This document shows positions 19,969 through 29,283 of a DNA stretch of 64,000 nt, piece by piece. The DNA lies in contig OZ241907.1 in assembly GCA_965203515.1 (NCBI GenBank), forward strand, positions 2,944,001 to 3,008,000, given 5' to 3'. Source of the stretch: Spirochaetia bacterium. GTDB taxonomy: Bacteria; Spirochaetota; Spirochaetia; SZUA-6; Bin103. The position numbers and the translations under genes were made by a program. The first letter of the stretch is position 1, and every line of letters begins with the position of its first letter. Below the pieces are notes generated by a model, which saw only the letters and a list, made by a program, of their open reading frames with translations, did not search any database and was not told the DNA's origin.

Positions 19969-21775
19969 ACCGGCAGCCGCCGCGGACCGGCAGTGCGGCG
20001 CCACGGCCGCGTTCGGACCGCGACCGGTGCGCATCGAGCATCGAGCGGCGCCCGGTTCGCCTCCACGTCGACCCGGATCGTCTCCACGAGCCGCGCCCGC
20101 GAAGCGCTGGCAGCCGCTTCACGTGGACGTCGACCGCGACCGGTGCCAGAGCGGCGCCACGCGCCCGGCATCGAACGGCGCCGAACCAAGGGGTAGCCAA
20201 GTACCACCGGCAGCCGCCGCGACCGGCAGAGCGGCGCCACGGCCGCGTTCGGCCGCGACCGATGCGCATCGAGCATCGAGCGGCGCCCGGTTCGCCTCCA
20301 CGTCGACCCGGATCGTCTCCACGGCCGCGCCCGCGAAGCGCTGGCAGCCGCTTCACGTGGACGTCGACCGCGACCGGTGCCAGAGCGGCGCCACGCGCCC
20401 GGCATCGAACGGCGCCGAACCAGGGTAGCCAGGTACCACCGGCAGCCGCCGCGACCGGCAGAGCGGCGCTACGGCCGTGTTCGGACCGCGCCCGGTGCGC
20501 ATCGAGCATCGAGCGGCGCCCGGTTCGTGAGGAACGCCGGCGAACCGGGGTAGCCAGGTACCACGTAGCCGCCACGCTCGACGTCGAAACGTCTGAGACG
20601 GTCCGCAACCGCCGTCCACGCCAGAGCCGCCCGCGGACCGCGACCAGAGCCGGATCGAGCGGCGCCACGGCTGCGCCAGCTTCGCGTCTGCAGAAGCGGC
20701 GCCGCGCCCGGTTCGAGAGCGGCGCCCGGTTCGCGTCCACGGCCGCGCCGACCAAGTAGCCGCCACGCTCGACGTCGAGCGTCTGCAGACGGTCCGCAAC
20801 CGCCGTCCACGCCAGAGCCGTGCCGGCGAACGCGACCAGAGCCGGATCGAGCGGCGCCACGGCTGCGCCAGCTTCGCGTCTGCAGAAGCGGCGCCGCGCC
20901 CGGTTCGAGAGCGGCGCCCGGTTCGCGTCCACGTCCACGGCCGCGCCGACCAGGTAGCCGCCACGCTCGACGTCGAGCGTCTGCAGACGGTATACCTTAC
21001 GCGGTCATGCTGAAACTTGGTTCGAGGAATGCGGCAGCCGTAGCGGCGATGCTGCTAGCCGGCGCGGTCATGGCGCACGCGCAGGACGAATACAACTTCG
21101 GGGCCGGCCCGGTGCCAGCTCATCGCCACCCCAAAGGCGGAGGCTGGATAGCGAATACTGCCACGGTTGCCGAAAGGGTACTTGTGACAGCCGATGCGCG
21201 GGTTGGCGATAATGCGCTGGTTTACGGTGATGCGCAGGTTTACGGTGATGCGCTGGTTTACGGTGATGCGCAGGTTTTCGATAATGCGCAGCTTTCCGGT
21301 GATGCGCAGGTTTTCGGTGATGCGCAGGTTTCCGATAATGCGCAGCTTTCCGGTAATGCGCTGGTTTCCGGTGATGCGCAGGTTTTCGGTGATGCGATGG
21401 TTGGCGATGATGCGCAGGTTTCCGGTGATGCGTGGATTTTCGGTAATGCGCGGGTCATCAATGAACGAGTAATCCACGGGTACCGCGACAGGTAGCCGCC
21501 ACGCTCGACGTCGAACGTCTGCAGACGGTCCGCAACCGCCGTCCTCGCCAGAGCCGCCCGCGGACCGCGACCAGAGCCGGATCGAGCGGCGCCAACGGCC
21601 GCGCGCCAGCTTCGCGTCTGGATCGCGCCGCGCCCGGATCGAGAGCGGCGCCCGGTTCGCGTCCACGTCCACGGCCGCGCCGACCAAGTAGCCGCCACGC
21701 TCGACATCGAGCGTCTGAGACGGTCCGCAACCGCCGTCCACGCCAGAACCGCGCCGCCGACCGCGACCGGTGCGC
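19965..21775. repeat. Compound GC-rich tandem-repeat array: type A units ~232-237 bp (19965, 20202, 20434 partial) and type B units ~191-198 bp (20565, 20756, 20954 partial, 21492, 21688 partial)
   Basis: Near-identical repeated blocks with frame-breaking indels and a recurring GAGCGGCGCC sub-motif. Confidence 0.9.
21007..21495 (+). CDS. Secreted hexapeptide-repeat (GDAQV[Y/F/S]) beta-helix protein
   Basis: Signal peptide ending AHA-Q, GPVPAHRHPKGGGW, about 14 tandem 18-bp units (~21208-21459). Confidence 0.85.
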   Translation: MLKLGSRNAAAVAAMLLAGAVMAHAQDEYNFGAGPVPAHRHPKGGGWIANTATVAERVLVTADARVGDNALVYGDAQVYGDALVYGDAQVFDNAQLSGDAQVFGDAQVSDNAQLSGNALVSGDAQVFGDAMVGDDAQVSGDAWIFGNARVINERVIHGYRDR

Positions 21776-21780
21776 GTTTA

Positions 21781-22030
21781 CTACTCGAAGCTGTACAGCG
21801 TGCTACGCCCTTTGTGCCCGCGTGGTATCCGTTCGATGATGTAGCCCCATGCCACTAACCGATTGAGACTTGACTTGACCGGGCTTCGCTTTAGCCCCGC
21901 GCTTCGCGCTTCGATAGCCGGAATAGAAGGCCATGCCCACCTATGGCCGCTACGGTCCGCAGCGCCGCCGTAGCTGAATAGCGCCGCAGACACGGTTACG
22001 TCGACCGGCCGCGCATGGCCGTCAGCCAAG
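21781..22030 (-). pseudogene. Winged HTH (HTH_36, replication-initiator-like) gene, 5' end cut by IS3
   Basis: AWPSIPAIE...VKSSLNRLVAWGYI...GRSTLY; abuts the IS3 left end. Confidence 0.55.
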
Positions 22031-22561
22031 TGGAGTTGACCCGCTTGCGTGGACACATCAAGAGTGAGGACGAGAGGAGGGAATACGATGGCGAGAACGC
22101 ATCAAGCGTATCCACAGGAGTACCGCCAGCAGATGGTCGAGCTGATCCGTGCCGGCCGCACGCCGGAGGACCTGGCGCAGGAGTTTGAGCCGTCTGCCGG
22201 CTCGATCCGCAACTGGGTCGCGCAGGACGAGCGCGACGCCGGGCAGCGCAGCGACGGGCTCAGCGGTGAGGAACGTCAGGAGTTGCGCCGCCTGCGCCGC
22301 GAGAACAAGCAGCTACGGATCGAGCGTGACATCTTAAAAAGCAGCGGCTTGGTTCGCACGGGAGAGCGACTCGATCCCGGAGCGGGATTCCGGTTCGTGA
22401 AGGCGAATCAGGCCACGTGGCCGGTGCGCACCCTCTGCCAGGTGCTGGGTCTCTCCCCCAGCGGCTACTACGCATGGGTGCGCCGCAGGCCGTCGGCGCG
22501 AGCGCGGCGGGACGCGCAGTTGATGGGGCGCATCAAGGAGGTCTGGACCGCCAACCGCGAG
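22031..22561 (+). mobile_element. IS3-family element, left part only (orfA + start of orfB; CDS from 22088)
   Basis: Left end TGGAGTTGACCCGC...GTGGACAC; YPQEYRQQMVEL...EL.RLRREN..L..ER.IL; LCQVLGLSPSGYYAW; truncated at 22561. Confidence 0.85.
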
Positions 22562-23410
22562 TGTTGTATCTCACATAATCTCGTCGCTGGAATCCCGGAA
22601 TAAATCGCACGGAGAGGCTCGGGATTTCTCAGACTATCCCGTCAGCTGAAAGACAGCGGGACAGCGACCGTCAGACCGACAGGTCGAGCCGGCCGGCGCT
22701 GGCGTGGCGGCCGACGCGGAGCTGGGAGCCGGTCTCGGCATGGGCCAGCAGGCGGCCGTCCTCGGTCGGCTGCGGTCAGGGGCGCAGTTCGTCGAGGGCG
22801 TGCTGCAGGTGCTCGGCGGTGACGCGGTGCTCGTTGGCGAGCGCGCACGCCGACAGGGCGTAATGGGCGATGCGGTTGATCAGCTGCGGCAGCCCGCGGG
22901 AAGCGTGGAACAACGCCTCTGCGGCGGGCGGCTCGAACAGCGGGACTTCGCAGCCGGCCAAGTGCAGGCGGTGGGCGAGGTAGTCATCGAGTTCGGCGCG
23001 CAGCAGGCCGCCGAGATGATGGCGGACGACCAGGCGCTGGCTGAGCGATTCGTGGACCGCCATGGTGAGCCGGCGGCGCAACTCGGTGAGGCCGACCAGC
23101 AGCAGGCACAGGCGGTGTTCGGAGTCCATGGTGTAGTTGGTCAACAGGCGCAGATCGGTGAGCACGTCGTTGCGCAGTGTCCAGCGACAATCAAGATGAG
23201 AATGCAGCGACAATCAAGATGAGAATGCGCGGGTAGGGTGGCTGCCTCCGACAGAGGAGGATGGAGGGGCCGCCGATGGCGGCGGCAGGGCGTAGCCTGA
23301 CCGTAGTCACCGGCGCGCGGCGGCGCCCCCGTGGGGGCTTCGCGGCCCGGTGATCGTGGCCGGCCCGGCGTTGGATAGGGTGCTTGGGACTATCACCCCA
23401 AGGAGCACCC

Positions 23411-24940
23411 ATGCCGGGCCGACATCTGACCGATCACCACGTGAGGCACTACATGAACCTGCGCACCAAGGACCAGCCGTCGGTGGCCGCCGCCAAGGCG
23501 GGGATCAGCACCGCCACCGCCTATCGCATCGAATCCGATCCGCAGCTGCCGTCCCAGAAACCGACCGTCCGCACTCGCCGGCGGCCCGACCCGCTGGCCG
23601 GCATCTTCGAAGAAGAAGTCATCCCCCTGCTGCAGCAGACGCCCGACCTGCGCCCGGTGACCATCTTCGAGGAACTGCTGCGCCGCCACCCCGAACTGCC
23701 GCCGAGCGTGCGCCGCACCCTGGAACGCCGGGTGCGCCGCTGGCGCGCCCTGCACGGTCCCGACCAGGAGGTGATCTTCGCGCAGCGTCAGCCGCCCGGT
23801 CTGCTCGGCCTGTCAGACTTCACCGCCGCCACCAACCTCAGCGTCGTCGTGGCCGGCGCGCCGCTGGCGCACCTGCTGTACCACTTCCGGCTGCCCTACT
23901 CCGGCTTCGAGCACGCCGACGTGGTGATCGGCGGCGAATCCTTCAGCGCCCTCAGCGCCGGCCTCCAGCAGGCGCTGTGGACGCTCGGCGGCGCGCCCCA
24001 GGAACACCGCACCGACAGCCTGTCGGCGGCGTTCCGCAACCTCGACCGCAGCGCCCACGACGATCTCACCGAGCGCTACCGGGCGCTGTGCGAGCACTAC
24101 CGCATGCGCCCGACCCGCAACAATCGCGGCGCCGCCCATGAGAACGGCAGCGTCGAGAGCGCCCACGGCCACTTCAAGCGCGCCCTCCATCAGGCCCTGC
24201 TGCTCCGCGGCTCGTGCTCGTTCGATGACCTGGACGCCTACCGCCGGTTGATCGCCGAACTGGTCGGGCGCCACAACGCCCGCCACCGGGAGCGCATCGA
24301 CGCCGAACGCGCGGCCTTGCAGCCGCTGCCCGAACGCCGCGTGCAGGACTTCGAGATCGAACGGGTGCGGGTCACCTCCCACAGCGGGTTCACGCTGCGC
24401 AAGGTCTTCTACTCGGTGCCGTCGCGGCTGATCGGCCACCACCTGCGCGTCCATCTGTTCCCGGATCGGCTGCAGGTCTTCCTCGGCGCCAGCGAACTGC
24501 TGAGCCTGCCGCGGGGCAAGCCGTCGGGCGACGGGCGCCGCGGGCACGTGGTCAACTACCATCACCTCATCCACGCGCTGCGCCGCAAGCCGATGGCGTT
24601 GCGCCATCTGACCTACCGTGAGCAGTTGTTCCCCCGCGATGCCTACCGGCGCGCCTTCCGGGCGCTGCTGACGGCGCTCGACGAGTCTGAGGCCTGCCGG
24701 CGCATGGTCGGGCTGCTGGCGCTGGCTCACGATCAGGGCTGCGAGGCCGCCCTGGGCGAGCACCTGGAGCGCCTGCTGGCCGCCGGTCAGCTGCCCGACC
24801 CGGAGACCCTGCGGGAGCGCTTCCTGCCCGATCCGCAGGACCTGCCGCAGGTCAGCGTGCACGCCGGCTCGCTGGCCGACTACGACCTGCTGCTCGATCA
24901 TCCCGACCACGCCGGCGTCTCCCAGGCGGGTGCGGCATGA
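23411..24940 (+). CDS. istA: IS21 transposase IstA
   Basis: MPGRHLTD, RRRPDPL, SDFT, HRTDSLSAA, HENGSVES, YSVPSRLIG. Confidence 0.95.
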   Translation: MPGRHLTDHHVRHYMNLRTKDQPSVAAAKAGISTATAYRIESDPQLPSQKPTVRTRRRPDPLAGIFEEEVIPLLQQTPDLRPVTIFEELLRRHPELPPSVRRTLERRVRRWRALHGPDQEVIFAQRQPPGLLGLSDFTAATNLSVVVAGAPLAHLLYHFRLPYSGFEHADVVIGGESFSALSAGLQQALWTLGGAPQEHRTDSLSAAFRNLDRSAHDDLTERYRALCEHYRMRPTRNNRGAAHENGSVESAHGHFKRALHQALLLRGSCSFDDLDAYRRLIAELVGRHNARHRERIDAERAALQPLPERRVQDFEIERVRVTSHSGFTLRKVFYSVPSRLIGHHLRVHLFPDRLQVFLGASELLSLPRGKPSGDGRRGHVVNYHHLIHALRRKPMALRHLTYREQLFPRDAYRRAFRALLTALDESEACRRMVGLLALAHDQGCEAALGEHLERLLAAGQLPDPETLRERFLPDPQDLPQVSVHAGSLADYDLLLDHPDHAGVSQAGAA

Positions 24941-25812
24941 ACCGGCGCAACGACCAGCCGATCGACGACGCCGCGCTCAACCTCATGCTCAGCGAGTTGC
25001 GCCTGCCCACCATCAAGTCGCTGTGGCCGCAGTTCACCGCCCAGGCCGACCGCGAAGGCTGGCCCGGCGCGCGCCTGCTGGCCGCCCTGACCGAGCACGA
25101 ACTGGCCGAACGCTCCCGCCGCCGCTTCCAGCGCCAGCTCCGCGAGGCGCGGCTGCCGGCCGGCAAGACCCTCGACTCGTTCGACTTCGCCGTCGTGCCG
25201 CTGCTGTCCAAGGCGCACGTGACCGCACTCTGCGCCGGCGACCGCTGGCTCGACGAAGGCGCCAACCTGCTGCTCATCGGACCGCCCGGCACCGGCAAGA
25301 GCCATCTGGCAGCCGCCATCGGCTTGGCGCTCATCGAGCACGGCTTCCGGGTGCTGTTCACCCGCACCACCGACCTCACCCAACGGCTGCAGCGCGCGTG
25401 CCGCGACCTGACCCTGGAGGCAGCCATCGCCAAGCTCGACAAGTACCACCTGCTGATCCTCGATGACTTCGCCTACGTCACCAAGGATCAGGCCGAGACC
25501 AGCGTGCTGTTCGAGTTGATCATCGCCCGCTACGAGCAGCGCTCGCTGCTGCTCACCGCCAATCAGCCGTTCGGCCAGTGGGACACGATCTTCCCCGACC
25601 CCACCATGACCCTGGCGGCCGTCGACCGGCTGGTGCATCACGCGACCATCTTCGAACTCAACGTCGAAAGCTACCGCCGCCGCACCGCCGTGCAGCGCCG
25701 CGCGGCTGCCCAGCCGGCCGCCGGTACCGACCCGGCCGCCGCCAGTGACACTCCGGCGGCCGCTCAGGGCTCCCAGGATCCAGGATCGGCCGGTCAGCCG
25801 CCCGTTACGTAA
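24937..25812 (+). CDS. istB: IS21 helper ATPase IstB
   Basis: ELRLP, GPPGTGKSH, LILDD, AAVDRLVHH, SYR. Confidence 0.95.
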   Translation: MNRRNDQPIDDAALNLMLSELRLPTIKSLWPQFTAQADREGWPGARLLAALTEHELAERSRRRFQRQLREARLPAGKTLDSFDFAVVPLLSKAHVTALCAGDRWLDEGANLLLIGPPGTGKSHLAAAIGLALIEHGFRVLFTRTTDLTQRLQRACRDLTLEAAIAKLDKYHLLILDDFAYVTKDQAETSVLFELIIARYEQRSLLLTANQPFGQWDTIFPDPTMTLAAVDRLVHHATIFELNVESYRRRTAVQRRAAAQPAAGTDPAAASDTPAAAQGSQDPGSAGQPPVT

Positions 25813-25827
25813 CGGTGCGCACTAGCT

Positions 25828-26116
25828 ATGGCGTTGAGCAACGCGGCACGACAACGCCGCTACCGCGCGCGCCGCAACGCCGCTGCCCCGCCGGGTGCAG
25901 TTCCGCAGGCCGCACGACCGCCGCTCGCGCCCGCAACGCTGGCAGGATGCGGTGCGCACCCTGCGCGACCTTCAGGACGAGTACCAGGCGTGGCTCGACC
26001 ACTTGCCCGACCCGCTCCGGGAGTCTGCGGTCGCCGTCAAGCTGGAGGCGATCTGCGACCTTGATCTTGCTGACCTGGAGAGCATCGAGCCGCCGCTCGG
26101 CTACGGCCGCGACTGA
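25828..26116 (+). pseudogene. IS21 passenger ORF, frameshifted copy
   Basis: Same as intact 33974..34261 but with a +1 shift near 25885. Confidence 0.7.
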
Positions 26117-26686
26117 CACCCCGGGTACTGCCTCACGCCTGATCCGGTCCGCCGCCCACCACGCGCCAAGCCGTTTGCGAACGCCATCACGCCTCCCGAC
26201 CAGCGCCGATCTGACCGTTGCTCTGGGACCTCGACGGGGCGCCTCCCGCCGCCGCTTCCCGTGCTTGCCAACCCACGTCCCCTTGTGGCAACGTCCCGGC
26301 CGTTGCGACACCGGTTTTTCTCATCTTGATTGTCGCTCGGTTCTCATCCTGATTGTCGCGCTACAGCGCAGGAACTGCGCCTCGTCGACGACGAGCACCG
26401 GCAGCAGCTTGGCTTGCTGGACTTGGCGGGTGATCTCGGCGCGGATGGAGCGGTAGGCGGTGGCGCGGGATCGTTCGGCCGGCAGGCCGAGTTGCCAGGC
26501 GATCGACTTGTACATGTCCATGACGTTGCCGGTGGTGAGTGAGACGTAGAGGATTCGGAACAGGCCGGGATGGAGGGCGGCGGTCACGGCACGGCAGACG
26601 GTGGTCTTGCCGCAGCCGACCTCGCCGGTGAGCAGGCCGATGCCGCGGAGGTCGAGCAGATGTAAGCGTCCGGGGAATCCCACCCT

Positions 26687-28378
26687 CTACGTAGCGGGCG
26701 GCGGCGGTGGACGCGCGGTCGGCAGGAGCGCCAAGAAATCGGCACGGGTACGCGCGTGCGGCAGCTGCTCGAACAACTCGCGCAGATACCAGTACGGCTC
26801 TCGCCGGTTGGCCTTCGCCGTCTCGATCAGGCTGTACAGCGTCGCGCTCGCCGCAGCGCCGCGCGGGCTGCCGGCAAACAGCCAGTTCTTGCGGCCCACC
26901 ACGAACGGCCGGATCGCCTGCTCGCAGGCGTTGTTGTCCGGCGTCAACTGCGCGTGCTCCACATAGCCGATCAGCTTCGGCCACTGTCCCAACGCGAACC
27001 CCACCGCCTTGCCGAGCGCCGAACTCGGCAGCACCTGCTCCCGCTTGTGCCGCAGCCACTCGTGCATCTGCACGAGCACCGGCTCCACCCGCGCGCGCCG
27101 CTCGGCCACGAACCGTTCGGGGTCCTCGGTCCGGTACCTCGCTAGCTGCGTCTCGATGCGGTACAGCTTGGCGATGTACCCCAGCGCCTGCAGCGCCGCA
27201 CCGCTACGGCTCGATACCTTGCTCAACGCCTCGGCGGCCTCCTTGAAGGCGCGCCGCACGTGCGCCCAACAGCCCACGTGCCGGATGCCCGGCTGGCTGC
27301 ACGGCCGCAGGTAGCCCTCATACCCATCGGTCTGCACGTAGCCCTGGTAGTCGCCGATGATGTCGGCCGCCACCCGTGCGGCCCGACTCGGCTCATACCG
27401 GTAGATCACCACCGGCGCCGCCGGCGGCCCGCCGCGGGCCACCCATACGTAGCTGCGCGTCGCGTTGGCGCGTCCCGGCTCGTTGAGCACCTGCACGGTC
27501 GTTTCGTCGATTTGCAGGATCGGTCCGCCGCGCAGTTGGTCGCCCAGCGCTGCCAGCAGCGGCCGACAGGCGCCGGCGACCGCCAGCATCCAGTCGGCCA
27601 TCGTGCGCCGCGACACCGCCACTCCCAGCCGCGCGAACTGCTGCTCCTGCCGGTACAGCGGCAGCGCGTCGCAGAACTTCGCCGTGGCGATGAACGCCAG
27701 CAGCCCTTCGCTGGCGACTCCTTTGCGGATCAGCGCCGCCGGCGCCGGCGCCACCCGCACCGCCGCACGCTGCTCGTCGCCGGAGCCCTCGCAGTGATGG
27801 CAGGCGTACTTCGGCCGCACCGTGCGGAGCACCCGCACCTGCGGCGGGATCACGTCGAGCTTCTCGGCGGTCTCCTCGCCGATGCGGACCATGCGGTGGC
27901 CGCAGGCGCACTGCTGGTCTGCTTCGGGAAGGTCGACGACCCGCTCGACCCGCGGCAGCGACGGCGGCAGCGGTTGGCGGCGCGGGCGCCGGGCGCGGCT
28001 CGGCACCGGGGCGGCCGCCGGTTCGGCAGGCAGTGGGTCGACCGGCAAGGCGTGGTCGGCGCTCCGTTCGATCTCGTTGAACAGCCGGATCTGCTGCTGC
28101 TCGGCAGCGCTCAGCTGTTCGCTGCTGCGCCCGTACCGCCGGTTTCGGTACCAGGCGAGCTCCTCTTCATAGAGCTCAATCTTCTTGTCCAACTCCTGGA
28201 CCTGATGATCCAGCGCATGGACCTGATGATCCAGCGCACTATTCCTGGTGACGAGTGAACTATTCCTGGCGACGAGTTGATCGTTGCGCACGATCAACTC
28301 GTCTTTTTCCAGGACCAGCAGCCGATTCTCCACGCGCAACCTGTCGCGTTGTTCGACCACCGACGGTGCGGCAGACAT
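26687..28378 (-). CDS. tnpC: IS66 transposase TnpC
   Basis: Protein identical to 13264..14955. Confidence 0.95.
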   Translation of the reverse strand: MSAAPSVVEQRDRLRVENRLLVLEKDELIVRNDQLVARNSSLVTRNSALDHQVHALDHQVQELDKKIELYEEELAWYRNRRYGRSSEQLSAAEQQQIRLFNEIERSADHALPVDPLPAEPAAAPVPSRARRPRRQPLPPSLPRVERVVDLPEADQQCACGHRMVRIGEETAEKLDVIPPQVRVLRTVRPKYACHHCEGSGDEQRAAVRVAPAPAALIRKGVASEGLLAFIATAKFCDALPLYRQEQQFARLGVAVSRRTMADWMLAVAGACRPLLAALGDQLRGGPILQIDETTVQVLNEPGRANATRSYVWVARGGPPAAPVVIYRYEPSRAARVAADIIGDYQGYVQTDGYEGYLRPCSQPGIRHVGCWAHVRRAFKEAAEALSKVSSRSGAALQALGYIAKLYRIETQLARYRTEDPERFVAERRARVEPVLVQMHEWLRHKREQVLPSSALGKAVGFALGQWPKLIGYVEHAQLTPDNNACEQAIRPFVVGRKNWLFAGSPRGAAASATLYSLIETAKANRREPYWYLRELFEQLPHARTRADFLALLPTARPPPPPAT

Positions 28379-28429
28379 GTCTCTACCTTACCTCAAATAC
28401 CGCCGCCAGTCAAGATCGAACCAAGCCCG

Positions 28430-28783
28430 TCAGGCGATTTCGGCGTAGCTCAACTCCTCGTGTCGGTTCCAGAAATCGATCCCTGCCAACAGCATCCGCA
28501 GCTGCTCGGCGTCGATCTCTCGCCGCGCCTCGGCCGCCGTTCGCGGCCACGGAAAGCTGCCCTGCTCCAACCGCTTCATCCACAGACAGAACCCCGTCCG
28601 ATCCCAGTACACCGCCTTCAGCAGTCGCCGCTGCCCGTTGCAGAACACGAACAACGACGCCTCGAACGGACTCAACCGCATCTGCTCCTGCACCAGCAGC
28701 ACCAGCCCGTTGATCTGCTTGCGCAGGTCGGTCGCACCAGGCCGCACGTAGATGCGCGCCGCCTCCAACTCCAGCCGGATCAC
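28430..28783 (-). CDS. tnpB: IS66 TnpB
   Basis: Identical to 15007..15360. Confidence 0.95.
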   Translation of the reverse strand: MIRLELEAARIYVRPGATDLRKQINGLVLLVQEQMRLSPFEASLFVFCNGQRRLLKAVYWDRTGFCLWMKRLEQGSFPWPRTAAEARREIDAEQLRMLLAGIDFWNRHEELSYAEIA

Positions 28784-29094
28784 TTCAGCGCCTCCAGCGC
28801 CGCCAGCACCTCGCGCAGATGCTCAGCGCGGACCGACGGCCACAGCCGCAGCACGTACCGCTCGCCGACCAGCAACTCCATCGTCGCGTGCTGCTCGGCG
28901 TCCTTGGCCCCGCCGGCCGCCCGCGCCAACTCGACCAGCGGCTGACGCCGGTCGGCCGTCTCCGGCAGCTTGCCGTCCCAGTTGCGCAGCGACCAGTAGG
29001 ACAGACCATGCTGCTCGCAATACGCCTTCTTCGTGAGCCCACTGCGTCGCCACGCTGCCACGTGCCGGCTCCAATACTCTCGTCCCTGTCTCAT
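28780..29094 (-). CDS. tnpA: IS66 TnpA
   Basis: Identical to 15357..15671. Confidence 0.88.
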   Translation of the reverse strand: MRQGREYWSRHVAAWRRSGLTKKAYCEQHGLSYWSLRNWDGKLPETADRRQPLVELARAAGGAKDAEQHATMELLVGERYVLRLWPSVRAEHLREVLAALEALK

Positions 29095-29283
29095 CGTTCG
29101 TCCCTCCTGCCAGGGACGATGTACCTCTATATATCCCCTTGTAAGGTGGGGTTCACCGGACGCTTACGAGCAGATGCCGCAGGCGCGCCTCGGCTTCCTG
29201 ACGGGAGGCGGAAGCGAACAGTTCGTCGGCTGCGAGGTTGGCGGCGAACGGCAAGCGGGTGAAGGCGAAATGGCGCAGATACA

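Larger units (their letters stand above)
23178..26365 (+). mobile_element. IS21-family element, copy 1 (3188 bp)
   Basis: TGT...ACA ends with repeated GCGACAATCAAGATGAGAA subterminal motifs; 6-bp TSD GCGCAG at 23172-23177 and 26366-26371. Confidence 0.95.
26662..29167 (-). mobile_element. IS66-family element, copy 2 (2506 bp)
   Basis: Same IRs as copy 1; 8-bp TSD GAGCAGAT at 26654-26661 and 29168-29175. Confidence 0.96.

Noticed and set aside
21200..21460. DGR variable region/template pair or mini-CRISPR in the 18-bp repeats
   Set aside because: These are in-frame hexapeptide codon repeats; there is no reverse transcriptase and no separate template repeat.
19965..21775. CRISPR array
   Set aside because: Units are ~190-240 bp and repeated along their whole length, with no unique spacers and no cas genes in the window.
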